Assembly: GCA_020047715.1 (NCBI GenBank)
Contig: JAIFNN010000022.1
Span: forward strand, 17,123-81,122
Reading direction: 5' to 3'
Source of the DNA: Bacteroidota bacterium
GTDB taxonomy: Bacteria > Bacteroidota > Bacteroidia > Bacteroidales > GCA-2748055
Length of the DNA: 64,000 nucleotides
In this document: positions 1-7,644 of the stretch, piece after piece
Layout of the letters: the number at the start of each line of letters is the position of its first letter
Numbering within the stretch: the first letter of the stretch is position 1
Made by a program: the position numbers and the translations under genes
The notes under the pieces: model-generated
Databases searched by the model: none
What the model was told of the DNA's origin: nothing
The model's input: only the letters and a program-made list of their open reading frames with translations

Positions 1-1
1 T

Positions 2-592
2 TATATTGTAGCGATTGACAGATTTAAATTTTACATTCTTGACAGGAAAGGAAGTAACAGGGTGGCTGCAAAACAATATTTCCAAGTGTCGGCCAATAAC
101 GGTTTCTATCTTGATGTGAGCCGGGGAGATCAACTTGCACGACTGGTTACAACCGATACTTCAGGGAACATAATGCGGGTTTATTTTTCGGGGAAAGTAG
201 AAAAAATCCATGATCGGCGTATAGATCCCGGACATTATTTTATATTTGCTGATCTGGATGGAGACCAAAAAGGGGAATACCTAACCGTTTTCGACAGCAC
301 TCTGCATGTGCTGAATCCCTTTATGGAGGAGAGTTTTAGGCTCGAATTCGGTGAAGCGATTTCTTTCCGGCCCATCGTATATAAATTTTCAAGTAAGGAT
401 AATAAAATTGGAATCGTTCTTCGAAGTTCGGGAAATATCTATCTTTATAATAATAACGGGACCCTTTACAATGGATTTCCTTTAGAAGGATCGGCACCCT
501 TCAGCATCAGCAGTTTTCCCGAATTGAATGGCAGATTTAACATGATTGTGGGTACCCGGAATAACTTTCTTTACAACTATTCAGTGCAGTGA
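2..592 (+). CDS. C-terminal part of a larger protein entering from upstream of the window; repeat-rich, FG-GAP/VCBS-like beta-propeller character, function unknown
   Basis: Frame 2 is open from base 2, with no stop before the ORF-track start at 62. DLDGDQKGEY resembles a Ca-binding FG-GAP motif, and there are repeated short beta-strand-like segments. Confidence 0.45.
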   Translation, partial: YIVAIDRFKFYILDRKGSNRVAAKQYFQVSANNGFYLDVSRGDQLARLVTTDTSGNIMRVYFSGKVEKIHDRRIDPGHYFIFADLDGDQKGEYLTVFDSTLHVLNPFMEESFRLEFGEAISFRPIVYKFSSKDNKIGIVLRSSGNIYLYNNNGTLYNGFPLEGSAPFSISSFPELNGRFNMIVGTRNNFLYNYSVQ

Positions 593-614
593 GGTTGATT
601 ATAAAATAGTTTAT

Positions 615-2282
615 ATGAAAACAAAAGACAAACCATGGAGTAAGGCATTATTGGTTTTTACAGTCATAATGCTCTTAGGGATCAGTTCCTGTTTCGATGA
701 CAACTATGATTTTAACAATATTTCGGATGAGTTCGAACTGGCACCGGGCATTTCCCTTCCCTTGGCTTACGGTACACTTCGGCTGAACGAAATAATCAGT
801 GAAGCCGATTTGGACGATTATGTCAAGGAGGATGAAGACAGTTTACTATATATAATATATGAGGAGAATCTGGTCTCTTACCGTGCTTCGGATGTTGTGG
901 ATATACCCGACCAAAACTTTATCAATTTCGTAGTTGATTTTGATGTGTCGGTCCCATTTACGTTACCGGTTCCTGTGGGTGAAACCATGCCCGTTCCGAT
1001 TACCCTTGATAAGTCGGGGGAATTTGTTTTTGATAACGGTGAAAGGATCGATAGTCTGAATCTGTATTCCACCAGCATGCAAGTCGATATTAAATCAAGT
1101 TTTCATCATACCGGAGTTTTAACAATTACTTCCGCTGGCATTCTTGTTAACGGAATCCCTTTTAAAAAGGATATTCAAATAAGCAACTCCACAGGGAATT
1201 TTGAGGAAAGTTTTATCGATGACCTAACCAATGTCAAGATAGTATTGGATAATTCCAATCCAGACACCACCTATTTGCCCTTGAAATTTGATCTCCTCCT
1301 GATAAATTCGGGAGCAAATGTTCTCCCGGAAGAGAGTTGTGAGATTTCGATTTCATTAAAGCAAAATATTTTTTCTTCTTTCTTTGGATATCTTGGTGAA
1401 TATGACATTCTTGCAAGCACCGGAAGTATCGATGTCTCACTGTTCAATGAGCGGGTTGAGGGTGGGTCTCTGCGATTTGCTGATCCCCGTTTAGCTCTCA
1501 CGGTTAATAACTCTTACGGCATCCCTTTGCAGATCGAGCTGAGGGATGTGAATATGGTTTCCACAATCAACAGCTCAACAACGCCCATAACCTTTTTTGG
1601 AGTTAACCCTTTTGATCTCAGTGCCCCAGAAGTGTCAGAGATCGGGAACTCAAAATATTCTGAAGTCCCAATCAATAACGACAATTCAAATATTGTAGAA
1701 GCTATGGAGACTTCCCCGAATCACTTGAATTATAGGGCGTATGCGAAAACCAACGCACTGGGATTGTCGGGGCCTTACAACTTTATAACCGACAGCAGTA
1801 CCATGGATCTTGGAGTTCAGGTTGTTTTGCCTATATGGGTAAAGGCTGAAGGATTTGCGCTTGAAGACACCCTAGACTTTAACTTTGAAGAAGAGGTTGG
1901 CACCGACATCGATATGGTTGAATACTTCCGACTATCCATTGAAACTGATAATGGACTCCCTGTTGAAACTAAACTTCAGGTATATTTTGCGGATGTAAAT
2001 TACACCATTCTGGATTCTATGTTCAGGGATAGTCAGGTATTGCTGGACCCCGCAACCGTTGGGGCCAACGATAAGGTTAATTCCCCCAAAAACAGGGTCA
2101 GCCGCGTAGAATTCAATACCGCCCAGCTGGAGAAAATAAAAAGCACAAAATATGCCTTTGTGAGAGCCTCGGTAAATACTCCTGCCACAGGGACAGGATA
2201 CTTTAAGTTTTATTCCTATTATGGGATCGACTTTAAGCTAAGCGCAAAGGCCGATATTCGTGTTAACTCAAAAGATTTATAA
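615..2282 (+). CDS. Hypothetical lipoprotein (555 aa), function unknown
   Basis: The ATG at 615 gives MKTKDKPWSKALLVFTVIMLLGISSC, a signal peptide plus lipobox Cys. The ORF-track start at 546 is an upstream extension overlapping the previous gene. It lies 15 bp upstream of the next gene. Confidence 0.6.
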   Translation: MKTKDKPWSKALLVFTVIMLLGISSCFDDNYDFNNISDEFELAPGISLPLAYGTLRLNEIISEADLDDYVKEDEDSLLYIIYEENLVSYRASDVVDIPDQNFINFVVDFDVSVPFTLPVPVGETMPVPITLDKSGEFVFDNGERIDSLNLYSTSMQVDIKSSFHHTGVLTITSAGILVNGIPFKKDIQISNSTGNFEESFIDDLTNVKIVLDNSNPDTTYLPLKFDLLLINSGANVLPEESCEISISLKQNIFSSFFGYLGEYDILASTGSIDVSLFNERVEGGSLRFADPRLALTVNNSYGIPLQIELRDVNMVSTINSSTTPITFFGVNPFDLSAPEVSEIGNSKYSEVPINNDNSNIVEAMETSPNHLNYRAYAKTNALGLSGPYNFITDSSTMDLGVQVVLPIWVKAEGFALEDTLDFNFEEEVGTDIDMVEYFRLSIETDNGLPVETKLQVYFADVNYTILDSMFRDSQVLLDPATVGANDKVNSPKNRVSRVEFNTAQLEKIKSTKYAFVRASVNTPATGTGYFKFYSYYGIDFKLSAKADIRVNSKDL

Positions 2283-2297
2283 GCTAATACAGGGATC

Positions 2298-3737
2298 ATG
2301 CAAATTACTAAACAAAGTATATTAAGGTTAACGGTTGCAGGGTTTATTCTGTTTACTGTTTTGCCGGGATTTTCCCAGCTTACAAATACTCTATATTTCA
2401 TGAAGGGAGTTCCTCAGGTTTATCAGGTAAATCCCGCATTTCAGCCCGGCTGCAAGTTTTTTATTGGCTTACCCGGTTTATCCCCTTTGCAGGTTAGGGT
2501 TCAGAACCAACCCTTGGTTCTCAATGATATCCTGTATTATAACAGCGAGGAGGGAAAACTTATTACCTTCCTTCATCCTTTGGGAGATAAGGAGGCATTT
2601 CTTAATGCATTGAATAAGCGCAATTATCTGAATGCGGATGTTGGGGTTCCGATTGCTTCTATCGGTTTTGGTTCTCCTTCGGGCGGGCGCTTTGTTGCTT
2701 TTGACATTACCCAGCGAATCACCACCAATGTCACCTACCCCAAGGACCTGTTCAGACTGCCTATTCACGGCTTGGATTCGGCCATGAACTTCGACTTTGC
2801 CGGTTTGGGTGTAAACGCAATGTCGTACACCGAACTGGGGATGAATTTTTCACAGAAAATTGGTGAATTAATAACTGTTGGCGTGAGAGGGAAAATACTT
2901 TTAGGTCAGGCTAACCTGTCATTCTCAAAATTTGATGTTACCTTAGCTACCGACGAAGAATCGTGGCTGGTAAATTCAGACGTGCAGATAGATGCAACTC
3001 TCCCATTCCTTGATGTGAAATACGATGAGGATGGAATGATAGATTTTGAGAATACCGATGTCATCGCAGATCTTGAGAATAAAATACCGCAGTTGGTGTT
3101 TAACCCCAAAAATGTCGGTCTGGCATTGGATTTGGGAGTGGACGTAAAACCAATGGAGTGGCTTCAGGTTTCAGCAAGTGTTGTTGATTTTGGATCGATC
3201 CGATGGAAAGATGAGGTGTACAACCTGTCAAATCAGGCTCAATACGACTTTAGGGGATTTGAGGTTTCTGTGGATGAGGATGCTCCTGATCCTTTGGAGG
3301 CCTTGGTGGATTCACTTGCGGAAAGCTTCAAATTCAGCTCAACCAACCAGGCTTATCGCACCTGGCTTCCCACTAAACTTTACCTGGGAGCATCTTTTTA
3401 TGTGCATCCCAAAATAAGTTTTGGAGTCCTTTCGCGCACCGAGTTTTATAAAAAGGATCTTCGCCAGCAATTCACCCTTTCAGCAAACCTTTATCCTATA
3501 CGAATGATCAGCACGAGCTTCACCTATTCGATTATAGAAGGATCATACAAGAACCTCGGACTGGGACTTGCACTGAAAGCCTTTCCGTTTAATTTCTATA
3601 TTCTCACCGACACGGGCCCTTCCGTTTATTTTTGGCCAACGGAGGCAAATTATGTGAATTTGAGGATAGGCATGAATCTAATGTTCGGCTGCAAGCAGAA
3701 AAAAGGTGTTAAGTACGATTTGCCTTTGGTAAACTGA
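2298..3737 (+). CDS. Putative outer-membrane beta-barrel protein (479 aa), uncharacterised Bacteroidota family
   Basis: Has an N-terminal signal peptide (…FTVLPGFSQ). The N-terminal YFMKGVPQVYQVNPAF motif resembles that of PorP/SprF-like OM proteins. Alternating hydrophobic beta-strand pattern runs through the C-terminal half. Confidence 0.55.
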   Translation: MQITKQSILRLTVAGFILFTVLPGFSQLTNTLYFMKGVPQVYQVNPAFQPGCKFFIGLPGLSPLQVRVQNQPLVLNDILYYNSEEGKLITFLHPLGDKEAFLNALNKRNYLNADVGVPIASIGFGSPSGGRFVAFDITQRITTNVTYPKDLFRLPIHGLDSAMNFDFAGLGVNAMSYTELGMNFSQKIGELITVGVRGKILLGQANLSFSKFDVTLATDEESWLVNSDVQIDATLPFLDVKYDEDGMIDFENTDVIADLENKIPQLVFNPKNVGLALDLGVDVKPMEWLQVSASVVDFGSIRWKDEVYNLSNQAQYDFRGFEVSVDEDAPDPLEALVDSLAESFKFSSTNQAYRTWLPTKLYLGASFYVHPKISFGVLSRTEFYKKDLRQQFTLSANLYPIRMISTSFTYSIIEGSYKNLGLGLALKAFPFNFYILTDTGPSVYFWPTEANYVNLRIGMNLMFGCKQKKGVKYDLPLVN

Positions 3738-3832
3738 TTTGGTTTTCGGGATTTTTTCAGAGCCGGCTTGTGCAACCACGAAATATTTTGGTTAAAAACA
3801 TGCGAAAATGTTTGGAGACAAACCGGAATGCT

Positions 3833-3840
3833 TAACTTTG
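3833..3840 (+). promoter_or_regulatory. Bacteroidota -7 promoter box (TAACTTTG)
   Basis: Exact match to the TAnnTTTG consensus, 27 bp upstream of the start at 3867. Confidence 0.5.
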
Positions 3841-3866
3841 CAACTTGTTTCTAAAAGAATAAAACC

Positions 3867-4085
3867 TTGTTAAAGTTTCTCTTAATATTAATTTTGGTAT
3901 TCCTTGTGATTCGCATGTTCGGACGAATCTTGTTTTCGTCTTACGTTTACACGAACCAGCAGAGCCATCATGAATCCCAGCCCCGACATAAAGAGGGAAG
4001 TGTTACCCTGGAAAAAAAGGCCCCTTCCGATAAGCGAATCAGCAAAGACGAGGGGGAGTATGTAGATTACGAGGAAGTCAAGTAG
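3867..4085 (+). CDS. Small membrane protein, DUF4834-like
   Basis: TTG start, an N-terminal TM helix (LKFLLILILVFLVIRMF) and the C-terminal GEYVDYEEVK motif that I recall from the DUF4834 family. Confidence 0.55.
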   Translation: MLKFLLILILVFLVIRMFGRILFSSYVYTNQQSHHESQPRHKEGSVTLEKKAPSDKRISKDEGEYVDYEEVK

Positions 4086-4089
4086 GGCT

Positions 4090-4113
4090 AGCAAACCAAT
4101 TATTAGGTTTGCT
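4090..4113. terminator. Hairpin between convergent genes (AGCAAACC-8 nt-GGTTTGCT)
   Basis: Perfect 8-bp inverted repeat in the 38-bp gap between the stops at 4085 (+) and 4124 (-). No strong T-run follows. Confidence 0.45.
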
Positions 4114-4123
4114 TATCGCCTGT

Positions 4124-4750
4124 CTAACATCCCCCTTGAACCTTTTTCTTTGCAGCCTTCTTGACAATCGGTTTTGCAGGAACGTTTCCTTCAGCCCCGG
4201 CAGCTACTGGACTGTCTGCTACTCCTCCCCCTAAAGCCATTGAGGCGCCTTTGCGGAAATCGTATTTGGCCAGTTCTTCATCAGGACTTGTAGAAGATGG
4301 TGAGGTTGGATTCATAATTGTCTCTGCCCAGAAATTCAAGCCGCCTTGCAAAACATAATTGTTTTTGTAACCAAGTTGGGTTGCTATCATCCAGGCTTCA
4401 TTCGCGTGAAGGGTTCCATTGGAATAGAGCACATTCATTTTAATATCCTGATCCAAAATATCCTTGAATTCCTCTGAAAGAAGGTCTGGCAAGGGAATGT
4501 TAATTGCTCCCGGGAGGCTGAATTTCAGGAACTCATCGGGAGTCCTGACGTCAATAAGCTGAAGATTTGGATCTTTCTGCACCAACATATCGGCTACGGC
4601 ATCGGGCGAAAGGAACTGGGATGAAGCTGTTGCTTCGATCAGCATTTGGGAAGCATCAAGTTTATATGGATGCGTTGTATCCTGCGGTACTGCGGCAATT
4701 ATCAGCCCAAGTGGGACGATAAAAAGTGCCAGTAATAATCGTGGATTCAT
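4124..4750 (-). CDS. Periplasmic/anchored rhodanese-fold protein lacking the catalytic Cys, with a C-terminal ...KKKVQGGC tail
   Basis: N-terminal hydrophobic segment MNPRLLLALFIVPLGLIIAAV. The rhodanese signature LIDVRTPDEF...GAINIP...YVLQGGLNFW is present. The active-site loop reads YSNGTLHA, with Ser where Cys is expected. The only Cys is the last residue. Confidence 0.8.
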   Translation of the reverse strand: MNPRLLLALFIVPLGLIIAAVPQDTTHPYKLDASQMLIEATASSQFLSPDAVADMLVQKDPNLQLIDVRTPDEFLKFSLPGAINIPLPDLLSEEFKDILDQDIKMNVLYSNGTLHANEAWMIATQLGYKNNYVLQGGLNFWAETIMNPTSPSSTSPDEELAKYDFRKGASMALGGGVADSPVAAGAEGNVPAKPIVKKAAKKKVQGGC

Positions 4751-4834
4751 GGTTTTTGTTTTTGTTATGTTTTTCTTTGTTTTGAGATGATGCCAGAGCG
4801 TAGAGGTATAACCTCCGCATCAATTTACAACTTT

Positions 4835-5425
4835 TTAGTATTCCGGCTGAGGGAATTTTTTCTCTGCCCATTCCCCAACCCAGAACATTCCAAGAGCCAC
4901 AAGGATTACCCCGAAGGCAAAAATGCCATCCGAAAGGCCTAGAGCGGAGCTGATTTTTGGATCTCCCAGGAACTTTGCTTTGAAGAACTCTTCCCATAAT
5001 GGGTAGCCTTCGGCAAAGATAAGAACGCCTAGAAACAATCCCCCGATAAAAACAAAGGCATCGATTTTACCGATAGATGCTCCACAGAAACTGGTTCCGG
5101 GGCAGTAACCGCCCATGATAAAGCCTATACCCATAATTACACCTCCCCCGATTGCGGAATACAGATAGGTTGGGTTAACATAGACCATATCGAGGTCGAT
5201 CCAGCCAAAAAGGCTAAAGAACAAAAGTCCAAGCATTGCAGTGATGGCAGCTGTGAAAAATACCTTAAGCACAACTGTGTCGTAGCCGTAGAAAACCCCG
5301 GCGAGTTTGCGGCTTGAGGAGAAGCCGCTGCTTTCGAGCACAAAGCCAAATCCGATGCCGATAATAAAAGCCAGAAGCAGATTGGTGTCGGCCGATATAT
5401 GATCGTATGATACTAAGGGTCCCAT
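4835..5425 (-). CDS. YeeE/YedE (sulfur transport, DUF395) family half-transporter, 196 aa
   Basis: Polytopic membrane protein with a GGYCPGTS motif. The start at MGPLVSYD (cat at 5423-5425) matches its paralogue at 11388. The ORF-track start at 5566 overlaps the upstream gene. Confidence 0.8.
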   Translation of the reverse strand: MGPLVSYDHISADTNLLLAFIIGIGFGFVLESSGFSSSRKLAGVFYGYDTVVLKVFFTAAITAMLGLLFFSLFGWIDLDMVYVNPTYLYSAIGGGVIMGIGFIMGGYCPGTSFCGASIGKIDAFVFIGGLFLGVLIFAEGYPLWEEFFKAKFLGDPKISSALGLSDGIFAFGVILVALGMFWVGEWAEKKFPQPEY

Positions 5426-5442
5426 AGTAGATTTTTTTAAGG

Positions 5443-5979
5443 TTAAATCCAGTTTTTTCTGAAGAAATAAGCCATTGCAAAGGCAGTTCCGAAGATTGCA
5501 GCCATAGTAATAAAGCCGCCCATCGACATTACCCCCATTCCAGTAAGTGCAGAGCCGCTTGTGCAACCCCTTCCCAGCTGGGAGCCAAAGCCAAAAAGAA
5601 TTCCTCCTGCCAGTGCAAAGGCGAGTCTTCTTCGTGAGGTTATTTTTGGGGAATGTTCCACTTTTAGTTTTAACCTTCCTGCCAGTGCACCTGAAAGGAA
5701 GCCTCCAACGATTACCCCCATCATTTCAAAAACAAGCCACGACTTCATGGGTTTTTCCCCATGTGAGGCAGCCTCTTCCTGGTAAAATTTTGTCTTTTCA
5801 GTATGTGCGGGCGCAACAGCGTCAACTGTTGCAACAATTGTGCTTTTGATGGCCCCACTGGCACCAAGACCCCGGCCTGAAACAAAAAACGCTGCCAGCA
5901 AAACTAAGCCCAGAAGAACTCCGCCCAGATAAGGATTAATATATCCGGCGGTTTTTGAGGTTTGTTCTTTTTTAACCAT
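5443..5979 (-). CDS. YeeE/YedE family half-transporter, 178 aa
   Basis: Carries the GSQLGRGCTSG motif typical of the YeeE/YedE repeat. Paralogue of 11395-11913. Confidence 0.8.
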   Translation of the reverse strand: MVKKEQTSKTAGYINPYLGGVLLGLVLLAAFFVSGRGLGASGAIKSTIVATVDAVAPAHTEKTKFYQEEAASHGEKPMKSWLVFEMMGVIVGGFLSGALAGRLKLKVEHSPKITSRRRLAFALAGGILFGFGSQLGRGCTSGSALTGMGVMSMGGFITMAAIFGTAFAMAYFFRKNWI

Positions 5980-6018
5980 TGTATTTTAAGTTTAAAGATT
6001 TCCAAATAGTACTTTTTA

Positions 6019-6960
6019 CTAGTAAAGCCACCTGCTAGCCTGCCCCGCAAAAGTCCAGATAAACCGGAACAGCAGTCCTCCGGCAATAACCAAAAGAGCA
6101 GGGATTAAAACAGGGATTTTGTAATTTCTCAGTTCCAGGAATTCAAGAATCCCAGGCAATATCATTCCAAAGAATACTACCAGAATCCAGAAAGGCGCAG
6201 TGTATGGCCCTCCAAGAAACAGGTTGGCGGCGTCGATCTGAACTTGGGTACTGGCCAGAAATCCCATGAAAATATGAATAATAAGAAACAGCTCTATCCC
6301 GATTAACATCAAGTCAATTTTTGAAAAACTGTGGCGTTCTTTTTGGCTCTTTGCCATGATAATATTCAGTGCGGCACCGGTTGACAAGCCAGAGGTCAGG
6401 AATAGTGGGCCAAGTATGGAGGTGTTCCATAAGGGCCGAGCGTTAAATGCCGAAAACAAGATTCCGGTGTAAATTCCCAGAATCAGGGAGTAGATGACCA
6501 TAATCCATGCAAGGATTTTTTTGTGGGAAATAAAAAAGGCCTCTGTTGTATCCAACCAGGCATAGGGCCATTTCCATTTGGGGAACGACTTTTTCAGATG
6601 AATGGCTGCCCAGATGAAGGAAACCGGCGTTACAACCATCAATACCCAGGCACCCCACGACATGGGCGACTCGAGCCTTATGGTTGTGTAAAGTCTCCAG
6701 AAATACATTTTGTGGTTAAGATCGGCAAAAAGAGCCAATAATCCGATAACCAGAAGGAAGGGCACAACCATGGGGGTTTTCTCTATTGCCGAGGGAAACT
6801 CTTTTTCCTTACCCAGGATCGTGTAAAGTCCTGCAAAGAAGAGAATTCCAGCTGCTAATCCCCCGAGAAAAAGATAAAGGGGGATTTCCCATGCCCAGAT
6901 GGTTAGCTGGGGGTCGATGGAGGCATTCATTCTGCCGCTTATAATGAGTTCTTCTCTCAT
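6019..6960 (-). CDS. psrC: NrfD/PsrC-type integral membrane quinol-oxidising subunit
   Basis: 313 aa with about 8 TM helices. The N-terminus WAWEIPLYLFLGGLAAG is typical of the NrfD/PsrC family. It follows the A and B subunits. Confidence 0.85.
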   Translation of the reverse strand: MREELIISGRMNASIDPQLTIWAWEIPLYLFLGGLAAGILFFAGLYTILGKEKEFPSAIEKTPMVVPFLLVIGLLALFADLNHKMYFWRLYTTIRLESPMSWGAWVLMVVTPVSFIWAAIHLKKSFPKWKWPYAWLDTTEAFFISHKKILAWIMVIYSLILGIYTGILFSAFNARPLWNTSILGPLFLTSGLSTGAALNIIMAKSQKERHSFSKIDLMLIGIELFLIIHIFMGFLASTQVQIDAANLFLGGPYTAPFWILVVFFGMILPGILEFLELRNYKIPVLIPALLVIAGGLLFRFIWTFAGQASRWLY

Positions 6961-7110
6961 GGTGTTGTTTTCAAAAATTTGTTCCTCTCCAGGCCCGTCG
7001 GGCGAAGAGGAAGATTTTCATTCAGTTTGATGTCCTTACCGCCTTACCGGTTTCGGATTTTTCCATGTACCATGAACATGTAAATGGATTCAGATTTAGT
7101 AACAATATCC

Positions 7111-7644
7111 TCAAATTAAAAAATATAGCTGGGGCTTTGTTCCTGCTTCGGGGATCAGTGTCTTGTGCTTCCGGGTTTTTAAAACCATCGAAACAGCGCT
7201 GGTCGGATCGTCCAAATCGCCAAAATACATGCATTTCGTAGGGCAGGTAGCCACACAGGCCGGCAGTTGTCCTTTTTTAACCCGGTGCATGCAAAAAGTA
7301 CACTTGTCTACATATCCGTCGGGATGAGGATAACGTGCATCATAAGGACAGGATGTGATGCAGGCGCCGCAGCCGATGCACTTCTCAGGGGTAACCATTA
7401 CAAAGCCTCCCTCCAGGATGTGGCTGGCACCGGTGGGACAGCAGCGAACGCAGGGAGCGTTGTCGCAATGATTGCACCTTTCGGAACGAAGTTCGAGTTC
7501 CAGCTGTGGGTAGGTACCGTCAACAACCTCCACGATCCAATCCCTGCAATAGCCTATGGGAACGTTGTTTTCGGTTTGACAGGCAACCACACAGTCGCTG
7601 CAGCCGACACATTTTTTGGTATCAACAGCCATTGCATATCTCAT
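7111..7644 (-). CDS. psrB: 4x[4Fe-4S] ferredoxin electron-transfer subunit (PsrB/PhsB type)
   Basis: Multiple CxxCxxCxxxC(P) cluster motifs (CVGCSDCVVAC, CNHCDNAPCVRCCP, CIGCGACITSCP, CTFC...C). Its start overlaps the psrA stop in an ATGA overlap at 7641-7644. Confidence 0.9.
   Translation of the reverse strand: MRYAMAVDTKKCVGCSDCVVACQTENNVPIGYCRDWIVEVVDGTYPQLELELRSERCNHCDNAPCVRCCPTGASHILEGGFVMVTPEKCIGCGACITSCPYDARYPHPDGYVDKCTFCMHRVKKGQLPACVATCPTKCMYFGDLDDPTSAVSMVLKTRKHKTLIPEAGTKPQLYFLI

Noticed and set aside
6961-7110. Tiny ORFs (11-16 codons) in the psrB-psrC spacer as possible leader or micro-peptides
   Set aside because: There are no conserved features or recognisable motifs, and such ORFs are expected by chance in 150 bp. 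They are mentioned only within the spacer finding.
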